Shown here in pieces: positions 10,775 to 23,957 of a stretch of DNA of 64,000 nt. The stretch comes from Felis catus. Its lineage: Eukaryota. The stretch's first letter is position 1. Each line of letters begins with the position of its first letter. The stretch is from assembly GCF_018350175.1 (NCBI RefSeq), contig NC_058368.1:45820001-45884000 (forward strand), written 5' to 3'. The notes beneath the pieces are model-generated. The model worked only from the letters and a program-made list of their open reading frames with translations, was not told the origin of the DNA and did not search any database. The translations under genes and the position numbers were made by a program.

Positions 10775-13700
10775 GGAAGAGCCAAGATGGTGGAACAGCA
10801 TGGAAGGGTTTCTGTTTTTGTTGTTTGTATAGTTCTGAGTCCCGTGTCCATGAAATACAGACAGATCAACACTAAACTATCTGCACACCTAGCACACTGA
10901 TTTGAGGACTAACACAACAATCTGCACAACCTGAACCATAGAATTCAGCAGGTATGCAGCACAGAGGTGAAGTGGGTGAGAGAGAAGTTGTGGAGGGCAG
11001 GGAGCTATTTTTGCTTGTGGAGAGAAGACAGAGACAGGGGGAGAGTACAGGAAAAGCATCCCCCCTCCAAAACAGCTAGAGAGAAAGTGGAAATGTGGAA
11101 ACAGCTACAGGGACTGAACTAAAAAGGGAGAAAGGAGAAAGAAGAGTGTTTAAATTCCATTAAGACTATCAACAGGGGTAGCGCAGAGTCAAACTCCACA
11201 GCTCAATAGCTGGTGGTGCTCTGGTGGGAAGAGAGAATCCCCAAGAGCACAGTGAGATCCGGGAATCCTTGGTCCACACAGGGAGAAGCAGTTCCCCTGC
11301 TGGAAGGACATTTGGTAAAGGCTGTGTGGCCACCTGGTCCCACATTTGCTGGTGCCAGAACAAGGTCATTAAGGGTAAAGCCTGGTGCCAGATGTGTGTT
11401 CTGATTCTCCATAATCCCTGAAACACTGCTGCTACACAATTGCATGAAAATTTTCTGTGGCAGGCTGGTGCCCAGCTGCAGTCTCTGGACATCAGCAGCA
11501 ACACGGTCCTATGAACATTCGTGGGTGCGGCAAGCACCTGGCCATAGCTCAGTGAGACCCTCTGGGTCTAAGTGGATCAAGCTACAGTCGCTCATAAGTG
11601 AGGGGTCAGGAAACACAGCAGCATCTGAGATAAAACTCAGGAGGGAGGTGCCACCTGGCAACCTGAGGACTTGGTCACAGACCGTGTAAGCAGGGAGTAG
11701 ACAGAAGCCAAAGACAACTGATAGGTGCACAATTGCTGATTGGGGAGAACAGAGTTCTGATACTAGAGATTGGGTAGCTGGGTAATGCCATTTTCATTAC
11801 TCACACATGCGCATACACACCTATAAGCGCTACAACAATCCAGCCCAGTAAACCAAGCAGTTCCATCTAGTGGAGAATGGAGCCATTACACTAAGCCCCG
11901 CCCAACTGGACCAACCATTCTTCATGAACACAAGTCTCTGTGCCTGCCTAGTTTATGGACTATAAAGTGCTATATAGTTTGACATCTGGGGTCAAGTGAT
12001 GTAATTTCAAATAATATTTCAGTCTGTTTTTCATCTATTCATATTTCATATTTCATCTATTTTTTCATTTTCTTGAAAACAGACAAAAATTTTTATTAAA
12101 AATATGATTTTTCTCTACTTTATAAATTTTTCAAATTCTGTTTTACTTCCATTTTATTCTATTTCATTGTAATTTTTTTCAAGTTTTCAAAACTTCCCCT
12201 TCTTTATCTACTAAAGCTCCTTTCAACAACTAGACAAAAACACATTTAGAATCTATCATTTGTGTGTGTGTGTGTGTGTGTTTATTTTTTCATTTAACTT
12301 TACCTTATTAATTCCTTTTCTCCTTTCAAAATGAGGAAGCAAAGGAATTCAACCCAAAAGAAAGAGCAGGAAGAAATGACAGCCAGGGACTTAACCAACA
12401 CAGATTCAAGCAAGATGTCTGAACCAGAATTTAGAATCACTAGAATACTACCTAGAATATGAACAGTAGCTAGGATTGAGAACAGATTAGAATCCCTTTC
12501 TGTGCAGAAAAAGAGAGTAAAAGTTAGTTTGGATGAAGTGAAAAATGCTATAACTGAGATATAATCTCAAATGGATACCATGGCAGCAAGAATGGATGAG
12601 ACAGAGCAGCAAAGCCATGATATACAGGACAAACTTATGGAGAATAATGAAGCAGAAAAAAAAGAGGGAGACTAAGGCAAAAGAGCATGATTTAAGAATT
12701 AGAGAAATCGGGGACTCATGAAAAAGGAAAAACATCAGAATCATAGGGGTCCCAGAAGATGGAGAGAAAAAGGGGTAGAAGGGATACGTGAGCAAATCAT
12801 AGCAGACAACTTTTCTAACCTAGGGAAAGACACAGACATCAAATCCAGGAAGCACAGAGGACTCCCACAAGATTCAACAAAAAACCGACCATTAGCAAGG
12901 CATATCATAGTCAGATTCAAAAAAAACTCCGGCAAGGAAAGAATCATGAAAGCAGCAAGGGAAAAACAGTCCTTAACCTACAAAGGAAGGCAGATAAGGT
13001 TCACAGCAGACCTTTCCACAGATTCTTGGCAGGCAAGAAAGGATTGGCAGTATATATTCGGTGTGCTGAATCAGAAAAATATTCAACCAAGAATTCTTTT
13101 TCCAGCAAGGCTGTCATTCAAAATAGAAGGTGATAAGCAGCTTCCCAGACAAACAAAAACTAAAGGAATTTGTGACCACTAAACCAGCCCTGCAAGAAGT
13201 TTTAATGGGGACTCTGAGGGGAGAAAAGATGGAAAAAAAAAAAAAGACTGAAAGTAACAAAGGCTAGAAAGGACCGGAGAACATCACCAGAAACTCCACT
13301 TCTACAGGTAACACAATGGCAATAAATTCATATCTTTCAGTACTCACTCTAAACGTCAATGGACTCAGTGCTCCAATCAAAATACATAGGGTAACAGAAT
13401 GGAAAAGAAAACAGGATCTATCTATATGCTGTTTACAAGAGACCCATTTTAGACCTAAAGAAACCTGGAGATTGAAAGTAAGGGGATGGAGAGCCATCTA
13501 TCATGCTAATGGTTGCCAAAAGAAACCTGGAATATCCATACTTATATCAGAAATCTAGATTTTAAAATAAAGACTGTAACAAGAGATTAAGAATGACATT
13601 AGATGATAATTTAAGGGTCTATCCACCAAGAATATTTAACAGTTGTAAACATTTATGCCCAACATGGTGTCCCAAATATATAAACAATCACAGATATAAA

Positions 13701-16325
13701 GAAATACATTGACAATAATACAATACAAGGGTACTTTAACACCCCACTTACAACAATGGACAGAACATCTAAACAGAAAATCAACAAGGAAACAATGGCT
13801 TTGAATGCCATACTGGATTAGATCAACAGTTATATTCAGAACATTTCATCCTAGGGGTGCCTGGGTGGCTCAGTTGGTTGAGCATCTGACTTCAGCTCAG
13901 GTCATGATCTCATGGTTCATGAGTTTGAGCCTCGCATCAGGCTCTGTGCTGACAGCTTGGAGCCTGGAGCCTGCTTCCAATTCTGTTTTCCTCTCTGCCC
14001 CTTCTCTGTTCATGCTGTCTCTATCTCTCAAAAATAAAAATTTTTAAGTAAAAAAAATATTTCATCCTAAAGAAGAATATACATTCTTTTCCAGTGCAAA
14101 TGGAACAGTCTCCAGAATAGATCACATACTGGGACTCAAAGCAGCCCTCAACAAGTACAAAATGAATGAGATCATACCACGCATAATTTCAGACCACAAC
14201 ACTATGAAACTCAACAATCAACCACAAGAAAAAAAATTGGATAGACAATGAATATATGGAGATCAAAGAACATCCTACTAAAGAATGAATGGGCCAACCA
14301 AGACGTTAAAGAGGAAATTAAGAAGTTCATGGAAGCCAATGAAAATGTTAACACCACAGTCTAAAACCTCTGGGATGCAGCAAAGGCAGTCCTAAGGAGG
14401 AAGTATTTAGCAATCCAGGCCTTCCTAGAAGAAGGAAGAAAGGTCTTAGATACACACCCTAACCTTACACCTTAAAGAGCTGGAAAAACAGCAAATGAAA
14501 CCCCAAACCAGCAGAAGACAGGAAACAATAAGGATTAGAGCAGAAATCAAGGATATTGACACCAAAAAAACAGATCAACGAAACCAGAAGCTGGTTCTCT
14601 GAAAGAATTAATGAAATTGATAAACCCCTAGGCTAGTTTGATCAAAAAGGAAAAGACCCAATAAAATCAAGAATGACAGAGGAGAGATCACAACCAACAC
14701 AGCAGAAATAATGAGAGAATATTATGAGCAATTATATGCCAATAAAATGGGCAATCTGGAAGAAATGACAAATTCCTAGAAACATATACACTACGAAAAC
14801 TGGAACAGGAAGAAATAGAAAATTTGACAGACCCATAGCCAGTAAAGAAATTGAATTAGTAATCAAAAATCTCCTAAAAAACGAAAGTCCAGGACCAGTT
14901 GGCTTTCCAGGGGAATTCTACCAAACATTCTACCAAGCTATACTACAAAGCTGTAATCGAGAATATATGGTACTGGCACAAGAACAGACACCAAGATCAA
15001 TGGAACAGAATAGAGAACCCAGAAATGGGCCCACAAATGTATGGCCAACTAATCTTTGACAAAGCAGGGAAGAATATCAAATGGGAAAAAGTTTCTTTAG
15101 CAAACGGTGCTGGGAAAACTGGACAGCACCATGCAGATGAATGAACCCGGACCCCTTTCTTACACCATACACTAAAACTCAAAATCGATGAAAGACCTCA
15201 ACATAAGACAGGAAGCCATCAAGATCTGAGGAGAAAGCAGACAACAACTTCTTTGGCCTTGGCCACAGCAACTTCTTACTCAGGAAGTCTCTGGAGGCCA
15301 GGGCAATGAAAGCAAAAATGAACTACTGGGACCTCATCAAAATAAAGAGCTTCTGCACAGCAAAGGAAACAATCAGCAAAACTAAAAGGCAGCCAACGGA
15401 ATGCGAGAAGACAGTTGCAAACAACATATCACATAAAGGGTTAGTACCCAAGATCTATAAAGAACTTATCAAACTCAACACTCAAAAAACAATCCAATGA
15501 AGAAATGGGCAAAAGACATGAATAGACACTTCTCCAAAGACGACATCCAGATGCCCAACTGACACATGAAAAAATGCTCAACATCACTCAGCATCAGGGA
15601 AATACAGATCAAAACCACAATGAGATACCACCTTACACTTGTTAGAATGGCTAACATTAACAACTCAGGCAACAACAGATGTTGGCAAGGATGTGGAGTA
15701 AGAGGAACCCTTTTGCACTGCTGGAGGGAATACAAACTCGTACAGCCACTCTGGAAAACAGTATGGAGGTTCCTCAAAAAATTAAAAATAGAACTACCCT
15801 AATACCCAGCAATTGCACTACTAGGTATTTATCCAATTGATACAGTATGCTGTTTTGAAGGGGCACATGCACCCTAATGTTTATATAGCAGCACTATCCA
15901 CAATAGCCAAAGTATGGAAAGAGCTCAAATGTCTATCGATGGATGAATGGATAAAGATGTGGTATATATACACAATGGAGTATTACTCAGCAATCAAAAA
16001 GAATTAAATCTTACCATTCACAGTTAACTGGATGGAACTAGAGGGTATTACGCTAAGCAAAATTAGAAAAAGACAAATATCATATGACTTCACTCACTTT
16101 AAGGACTTTAAGATACAAACAAATGAACATAAGAAAGGGAAGCAAAGAAAATCAGGGAGGGGGACAAAACAGAAGAGACTCTTAAATATGGAGAACAAAC
16201 AGAGGGTTACTGGAGGAGTTATGGGAGGGGGGATTGGCTAAATAAGAAACATTAAGGAATCTACTCCTGAAATTATTGTTGCACTGTATGCTAACTTGGA
16301 TGTAAATTTAAAAACATTAAAAACG
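10775..16325 (+). mobile_element. Felid LINE-1 with both ends present and the RT core deleted; ORF1 ~12331-13218, ORF2 from 13316, both broken
   Basis: 5' 'gccaagatggtggaacagcatggaag'; ORF1 'RHIIVRFKK..KERIMKAAREKQSLTYKGRQIRFTADLS'; ORF2 'MAINSYLSVLTLNVNGLSAPIK' and C-terminal '[16 protein letters not shown]'; TSD aagtca(g/t)a(t/c)tgt at ~10763-10774 and ~16327-16338. Confidence 0.97.
13854..14056 (+). mobile_element. Can-SINE in L1 ORF2 EN domain
   Basis: SINEC body; TSD aa(c/t)atttcatccta. Confidence 0.95.
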
Positions 16326-16339
16326 AAAGTCATACTGTG

Positions 16340-16714
16340 TATTGCTTTGGAGGGTCTTGCCCTTGGAACCATGGGTTTACATTTCAGGGTGATGGAGGAA
16401 GGCTAAAAATAGGGTCTATGGAGAGCAAAGAGGGAGTTTCTTTATATTCTGGAACAAAGTTCTCTCTTAACTCCCCTAAGGGGCAGAGGAACAGATAAGC
16501 AGACCACTTTATATAAACTTGGAGTTTCATAACTTTGGGGTTCCTCACATGGAGTTCAACTCCTGTACATGCAGGTGATATTAAACACTTGTGTTGCTTC
16601 ATGGAGATTTAGAGAAACTGGTGCTAGATTGCTTTGTGAACTCTGGTCTCTTATAGAGAAGTCTGGGTTAATTTGTTAGTTTGTAAGCAGAAGAACATTT
16701 TATACCTTTCACAT
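16340..16714 (-). mobile_element. Probable ERV-type LTR, apparently split by the L1 (remainder ~10696-10760)
   Basis: Minus strand starts TGTGAAAGG, has TATA-like 'tatataaag/aatataaag', and ends '..gtctttaCA' left of the L1; family not identified. Confidence 0.4.
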
Positions 16715-16739
16715 ATTTGAAAGATAAATCTTTTACAAA

Positions 16740-16940
16740 CCATTTAAACATTTTCAGTTACTAAGTATTTACTATGTGTTGTCTTCTGGGACATCTGCTA
16801 GGAAAATAAAGATGAATATGATACAGTCAAGTCTTGAATTGTCCACAATCTAGCAAGTGAAACATAGATGAGAAGAGCTAAGTGTATCATGGTATAATGT
16901 GCCTCTAAGAGGAATACACAGAATGTCCTGAGGGCTTAGA
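16740..16940 (-). mobile_element. L2 3' fragment
   Basis: 'agtatttactatgtg...aaagatgaatatgatacagtc...cacaatctag' resembles a reverse L2 tail. Confidence 0.5.
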
Positions 16941-17396
16941 GTAATTAAGAATACATTTTTAGTAGTTGAAGAAATTAAAAGAACTTAGAGGAAATGTAAC
17001 CATCATTATAAAGGATTATCTTTTGGTTAAGAAGCTGAATGGATGTAACTTTTTCTATGAATTCTGAAGATCTAGGATTCAATGACTCAATGTAAAAGCA
17101 AAGAATTATGGCATGCTTGTTAATGGGTTTAATGAAAGCTAACTCATCCATCAAATACAGAGTACCATCATGTGTTTATGATAAAACAATATAATTAGAC
17201 AAGTTTTCCTCTGCCAAAAAACATACTGGCTCCTGCTCTTATCAGCCCTTCAAAGCAACTTGGGTTATGTTTAACACCCTATTACAAGATTCATTACACT
17301 GCAATATGATAGCTCAGTTTTTCCACAAAGTCAACTTTTTGATGGTATGGGTGATTACTAAGCACCATGAAATCTGATGAGAAAGTTAGAGGTATC

Positions 17397-18812
17397 TGCT
17401 ATAGCCTACCGTATACCTAATTGTTTCCCAATATTCATTTTCCTTTTTATGCATTTAATACATTTACAGATATATTTTAACTGGCCACATGGCTTCTCAG
17501 CTCAACACTTTATATCCTCACTTCTTTCACAGTTAATTGAATCTATGTAATTAAGCTTTCATCATGGGTTGTAAGTAGAGATCATGGCTGAAATTCTGAA
17601 TATTACACTTAATATGAGTGGGGATACATTTTCCTCTCTTAGTCTCTCCCTTATATGTGGGGTACAGATACGGTCAAAAACTTCATTAACATCTGTAAGG
17701 ACTGAGGTAAGAATAAAAATGGAGACCTGCATACCTGTATAAATATTTAAGAGACCTATTATAACAGTTATATAGAGTATTCTCTAGCCTTCTCACTTGA
17801 TAATTTCATCTTCTTAACCTGGAAGGCCAGGTTTAAATCTAGAATTTCCACTTATCCACTTTCTGTGTAACAACTTGGGAATACTTGGAAACCTTGCCCC
17901 TAGCTCAAGGTCCCTGACTGATTAGCATACTACTGTCTCATGTACTGTTCTGCACAGTAAGATTGGCTGTAGATATGCATGAATACTCCAGATCTCATGT
18001 CTAAGCCCCATCTATACCCCAACCAAATAGTACTCCTTTAGGTTAACGGGTACACACACTGCATATTTACCTTCAGAATGACAGTCTTGGCCCTGTAAGC
18101 AAGAAAGTTTTGGAAAGGAATACGGAGTTCCCAAGTACTCTGTAGTCTAAAGGTAGAAGCACAGAATTCAGGTACACATGAACCCTTGCTCTTGGGCTTG
18201 CCGCCATATCCTGAGAAGCACAGAGTGATGAGCAGGACCATTTGCAGCACAGAATACAAAGAAGCAGGTCTTCCTGCCCAGCTCTAGGAGTGCTACTAAC
18301 TATAGTGGTCGTGAGCCAATTTCCACCATTTACATAAGGGCAGTACACTACAGCTACACACTCCAATATGGCAGACACTAGTCCAAATTGAGTGGCTAAT
18401 CCAAATTGACAGGAGTTGCAAATATAATGTATATACATGCTTTTAAGATATAGTAGGAAAAATGGTAAAATATTTCAATAATTGATCTATATTGATCTCA
18501 TGTTGAAAAGATCTGAAATATTGGGATAAATAAAATAAAGATTATATTATCTTCTAGTATAGTTAGTAGAAATTTTTAAATTTCTGGTTTGGCTTGCATT
18601 TTATTTCCAATGAGCATTTTGTAGAGACTGTTATGGTAACAATATGAAGAGAACCCAGATCTCTGGACAATTCTGTGGAACAAAATCTACTTGCTGGGAA
18701 TAGCTCATTTCCTTTTTTACTATTATTTAACTGAGAAGTAAATGGTCTTGTTGGAGCACCACATTCTTGGGGGCTCTTTGTTGTACTAGTTGAAACTACA
18801 TACTCAGTAACA
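17397..18812 (+). mobile_element. Old MLT1/LTR16-like LTR (17397-17670 and 18620-18812) interrupted by DNA-transposon fossils
   Basis: 'cccaatattcattttcc..tggccacatggct..' start and 'ctctttgttgtactag..cagtaaca' end; the middle is transposon-like. Confidence 0.45.
18355..18618 (+). mobile_element. MER33-like hAT-Charlie fossil
   Basis: 'tccaatatggcagacactagtcca...atgttgaaa..atattgggataaataaaata...tagaaatttttaaatt..tggcttgcattttatttc'. Confidence 0.65.
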
Positions 18813-20386
18813 TATGGATGATAAGTAACATTTCAATAAACAAGGTATTTCGCCCACTGTGGCATAAACAGACACATAACAAGTATTAAAATACACTAAA
18901 TTGTATGATCCATGTGAGGAGAGATGGTTATATTCAGTGCATTCTTTTTTAAAGTCCTTTATTTTTCAGATGAATACTATCACCACAATGTTAATGGAGA
19001 TACAAAGTACTAATGGAACATATATTAAGAGTTTCATGCCATAGTAGGCAGACCTCTTAGAGAAGCAGAAAATGTTTCACATGGACATTTTTTAAGGAAA
19101 TAGGCAATAGCAGGAAGTGTCTAACAATAAGCAATAACACAGCTGGGTATGGGCTACAGATTAGTAAATTTGTATTTTTCATTATTCAGCTCCAATATAC
19201 TCTGCAACTGATAAAACTTTTCTTGGATGCACTTGCTTTAGGTAGCATGAGTCTATATAGTGTACAAGGAAAATGTATCTTTATTATATGAATATATTAG
19301 GCAGCTTATATGGAGATTGGAGGTTGCTTAAAAACCATCAATACTAGTGATGACCAAAATACTGTTCTGAAAATATTGTTTTTCCCAAGTCATTACTATG
19401 TAATTTTAGAGCTAATCTATTTTGCCATCTTTATTTTAAATTGGGTTTAAAAGATGTATTGTTTACAAAATGGTTTTTTGGGATTATTTGTTTTAGCAGC
19501 TTTTATGGGATTTCTTTATACCCAGTATTTGGAGGAAAAAACCAAATCCATAAGAAAATATCAGACAGTAAATTTTAAACAGTAGTTCTGAAATATCTGT
19601 CATTTGACAAAACCATATTACTTTTTAATACTTGAGCATTGGAACATTCTGTATAAATAGGAGCACTTAGATCACTCCCTTTGCAGTAGATAGGTTTTAA
19701 TCAATTTAACCCATAACTTTTCAAAACCTTCCAAAATTCGTTTCACACAAGTTTTTATACTCAAGAGTTTTAACCAAACTTTGTAGACAGTGACGTAAAA
19801 CTCTCCTCTATACTTAAATAAGCTATAGGACTTTTAAAGAGGTTGAATAGAAAAATTGTACTAATATTAAAAAAATGGAGGAATTCTAACTATTCCTTGG
19901 GCTGTTGCTAACATGGAAGGTAAGCAATGTTGAGTTCCAAAAGAAAACCATGGAGTTGGTTTTGAGTTGTTTAGGTTTCTTCTCCCCACCCCCCACCCCC
20001 ACTGATAAACCAAAAATGAATACTGAAATTTTAAGGTTTTTGCAAATGTTGAACAAATATAGTTCTTAAGTTTGGAGGATGCCCTAGACATCCAACCAAG
20101 GTACCTGATATGATTAAACTTGACTGTTTTAACTTCTTACTTATTTCACTAAACATGAGGAGTCTTCTTGAAAATCCAGTGAAAGCTGACCAATAACTGT
20201 TGTTACAGTCTTGGAGAAACATATCCCAGAGAACCATGAGTGACATTATTAAAAGATAATGAAAAAGTAGAGTCTTAATAGGTGCTTGAAAAATGAGCAA
20301 ACACAACACTGGTATTCCTTGCTAGCTAAAAGATTGCTAGCTAAAAGTATAAGTGAAAAGTATGGAGGTTTAAAACAAGGACAATA

Positions 20387-20586
20387 GGGGCGCCTGGGTG
20401 GCGCAGTTAAGGGTCCGACTTCAGCCAGGTCACGATCTCGAGGTCCGTGAGTTCGAGCCCCGGGTCGGGCTCTGGGCTGATGGCTCAGAGCCTGGAGCCT
20501 GTTTCTGATTCTGTGTCTCCCTCTCTCTCTGCCCCTCCCCCGTTCATGCTCTGTCTCTCTCTGTCCCAAAAATAAATAAACGTTGA
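20387..20586 (+). mobile_element. Young Felis-type SINEC
   Basis: CpG-rich body 'cttcagccaggtcacgatctcg..gtccgtgagttcgagcccc'; perfect TSD aaaacaaggacaata at 20372-20386 and 20587-20601. Confidence 0.97.
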
Positions 20587-21348
20587 AAAACAAGGACAAT
20601 AGTGGTTTCTTTTTTATCACAACTGGTAAGTGTTAATTTCTTAAGGTTTCCTTATAAAACTCTTCCTATAATGTTTTAGTTCTAAAAAAAATGTTATTGT
20701 GTCTTAAGTTATAGATCTATAATTAGGACTATTCTTTAGATAAGTAGCAAGATGGCAAAATGCTATTTAGATCAATTTTTGCAAAATACTCTTATTGTCT
20801 TCAATACTGAAAAATATGCTCATTCGTATTCTTCTAGCTCTTTCCACCTTGCCTCTATATAGGACTATGCCAGCCCGAATAAGCACAAGAATGTGTTGAA
20901 TAAAAATATCAGTGAAGAGTAATAATCCTATATTCCTAAAATGGCGTTGTAAATTTTACCAATTCTAGATGCACTTCTAATTTCATGAACTATTGGGACA
21001 TTCCTTTTGATTTTATGAGAACTATATAAAAGCTCATTATCTAAATCTGATTTAAAAACTATTTCTAAAATCAAATGTCTAAACAGAAGCCAAAAATTAT
21101 TCATACACCCTGAAGAAAAAAATAAAAATTAGATCTAAGGTGACTTCAATGTGAGCCAAATGGCATAATGAACCTATAAAATGCTTAGTGAAATGCAGTC
21201 AGGCTTGTAGATGTGTTTACCAAAAAGGAATGTTCTGCTTTCATATTTATTATGATCTTTCACCGATTTAAGACTCCTATATACTGAAACTCAGTAAACA
21301 TCTTTAATTTACATAAACCACAGCATTAAAAAAAAAATACAAGAATGG

Positions 21349-21351
<3 letters not shown>

Positions 21352-21382
<31 letters not shown>
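21352..21382. repeat. (CA)n microsatellite
   Basis: Directly visible. Confidence 0.95.
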
Positions 21383-21386
<4 letters not shown>

Positions 21387-22654
21387 ATTACACCAGCCTC
21401 AGCAATTAGAAAAGAGAAAGATGTTATGGAGGCTAAGGAATATTTAGTAAAAATATTATCAATATATATTTCCTTAGGAATTAATGCTGCAGTGGGATTC
21501 ATAAATGCCATTTACCTTAGTTTCACTGTTTGAAATCAATGAACTGAATCTTCAGAATACAATTTCAATAACATACTTAAGAGTCCAATAGGCATCATTT
21601 TTTACTTCTATTAAGTTGAAAAGTCAGAAGGAAGGTCTAGTTTACTTAGAGGGAGTTTGTTCTAAGTGAGATTTTACTTTTCAGACTGTTGGGCTAATGA
21701 TTAACGTCACATACCGTACATCTTCGTCTAGAAACTGTGGGGTCTATTAAATGTAATTACCTTTCCCCATGGCTTTAAATTGACGGCAGATTCAAAATGA
21801 AGGTGGCTTCTATTAAATTTAATTACTTCCCCCTGAAGCTTACTTGGCAAAACTGTGACTAGTAATGAAAGTGGATTCTATAAAAAAGCTGCATGGTCAA
21901 GGTGTGGCTATTAAATTAGCAATGTTATTAATGAAAAAAAAAAAGTAGGACAATACTTGAAATGGGATATTTTTTTATTCATGTGTATTTTTGTGACAAT
22001 ATGACTGGTACATTAAGTTCTCAATTTTCTACTCATTTCAACTTTCAAGCAGTAAGTTATTTATTGATTATAATAACAAGGAAAAATAATTTTCAAGAAC
22101 TTCATCTAATGTTTCCCTGTATACAAAACAGGGACCCTTTCATCATTTCAATTCAATTGACGTTTTAAATCAACATGATGTAATAAAAGAGGAAAAGAAT
22201 TAGAAAAACAAGTACTGTTCTTATTAACTATATAATCAGTTCCTTCTTCCTGAGCCAGTTACCTAATCTGAAAGAATATGCCCTACCTACATAAGACAAA
22301 TACTAAGAAAATTAGAGAAAAAGGGTTGTTTTGCAAATCACTTTGCCTTTAAAAAAAAGGGCCCTCTATTTTGGAGCAGCTTAGATTTACATTAAAAAAA
22401 TACTCACCTATTAACTGATCATACATTCATTCAACATTCAATGTTCAATTGACTATAGTCAGTCACAATGCAGCAGTCCTGTATTAGAGGTATAAATACT
22501 TATCTATAGGATTGTATAATCAAGCAAGTGTGAATACAAAAGTCAAATACTTTGTCACTATGGGAAGAGCCTGTGATGGTTCCAGAGCAGATTTTCCGAC
22601 CCATGGGGAACATTCATATCCCTTGCCTCATCATTTGTTTAGAAGTGTACTGTA

Positions 22655-22842
22655 AGGAGACCTGCGTGGCTCAGTCAGCCATCCAACTCTTGATTTCTGC
22701 TGAGTTCATGATCTCACAGTTCCCGAGTTCGGGTCCCTCGTCAGACTCTGCACTAACAGCATGGAGCCTGCTCAGATTTATCGCTCTCTCTTTCTCTCTC
22801 TGCCTCTCCCCCACTTGTGTTTTCTCACCCTCTCAAAATAGA
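22655..22842 (+). mobile_element. Older Can-SINE
   Basis: Diverged head 'ggagacctgcgtggctcagtcag', CT tract, 'ctctcaaaata'. Confidence 0.85.
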
Positions 22843-23957
22843 AGTTTGGGGGGAAAAAGTACTATAGCCAAATCTAGTATCTACCTGCTCTTCCAGCCAC
22901 ACCATAAGCCCAGTCTTGAAACAGGCACCAATTTGCAGAGTCCCTCCACTTCAGGAGATGCTCAATCTCCCACAGTGGTCTCTTGAGAGAAAACCTCGCA
23001 CTATTCTTGAGGTAGGAAGATAGTTAACTTTCCATCCTCCTCCCTGGCTATAAGGACATACTCTCAGCATCAGAGACAATAGCAACAGTTCTCTCAAGGA
23101 AATTTCCATCCTCTTGATATCCTAACATGAAGGCTATCTGTATTACCAAAAGGGACTATTTTTAAATTTTTCTCTTATAGCTTAGTCATGAACTAGTTCT
23201 CAGATATTTTTCTTTTCTGAATCGGTTTTCTTGCTTATACTTATTTTTGCACCCGTTTTCTATTATAGTTCCAAATTTTTTCTTTTCAATATATTTTTTT
23301 AATAGGATAGTGATGAGCATGGAATACTGTGGGAACAGAAGCGTTACTAAATAACCTAGGTAAGAGGATCATGGATGCTTCCTAGACGGAGAATCGGAGG
23401 GAAAATGAAAAAGAACTAATGCACGGATTTGCTAAGTGAAAAGCATAGGGAAGGGGAGATTAAACAAAAGGAACAGTACACGTAAAGACTCAGAGGTACC
23501 AAGGAGCATCTTTCATTTGGAGAACCTGGTTAGAGCACAGCAAGAAAGCGTAGTGCAAGATATGCAAACAGGCTAATTTTGCAATTGAAATTTACGGTGA
23601 CTGAGAAATTTTTCCACCAACATCCTCAGATTTGTTCTAATAAGTCTTCCTCTAAACCAACAAAATTTTCAAAATTAAATGACATTTTGAGGAGACAGCT
23701 TTCATCCTTTTATGTATAGTATTATACCCAATGAGCTTGCTTTTATGGTTAATAAAGTTAATATGCTGAAAATCTATATTATTATGTATTCTGAGCACAG
23801 GATTTGTCTTGTTTACTGTTGTACCTTTAATTTCTGGCAAGAAGTTCTCAATATAGTATCAAATAGTTGTACAATGTTTATTAATAAGTTCTGGATAATG
23901 CCAATAAAGTGTTAAATATTGAAAGTATAGATTTCACAGTATTCTAACAAATACTTC

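Noticed and set aside
12718..13558. 154-aa and 80-aa ORFs as host genes
   Set aside because: Fragments of L1 ORF1p and the ORF2p endonuclease in a frameshifted element
20387..20470. tRNA-like A/B boxes as tRNA genes
   Set aside because: These are tRNA-derived SINE heads followed by CT tract, A tail and TSD
20249..20620. 123-aa ORF, and similar ORFs at 27284, 28884 and 56339-56702
   Set aside because: Read-through of young SINEC copies; the same peptide recurs at each copy
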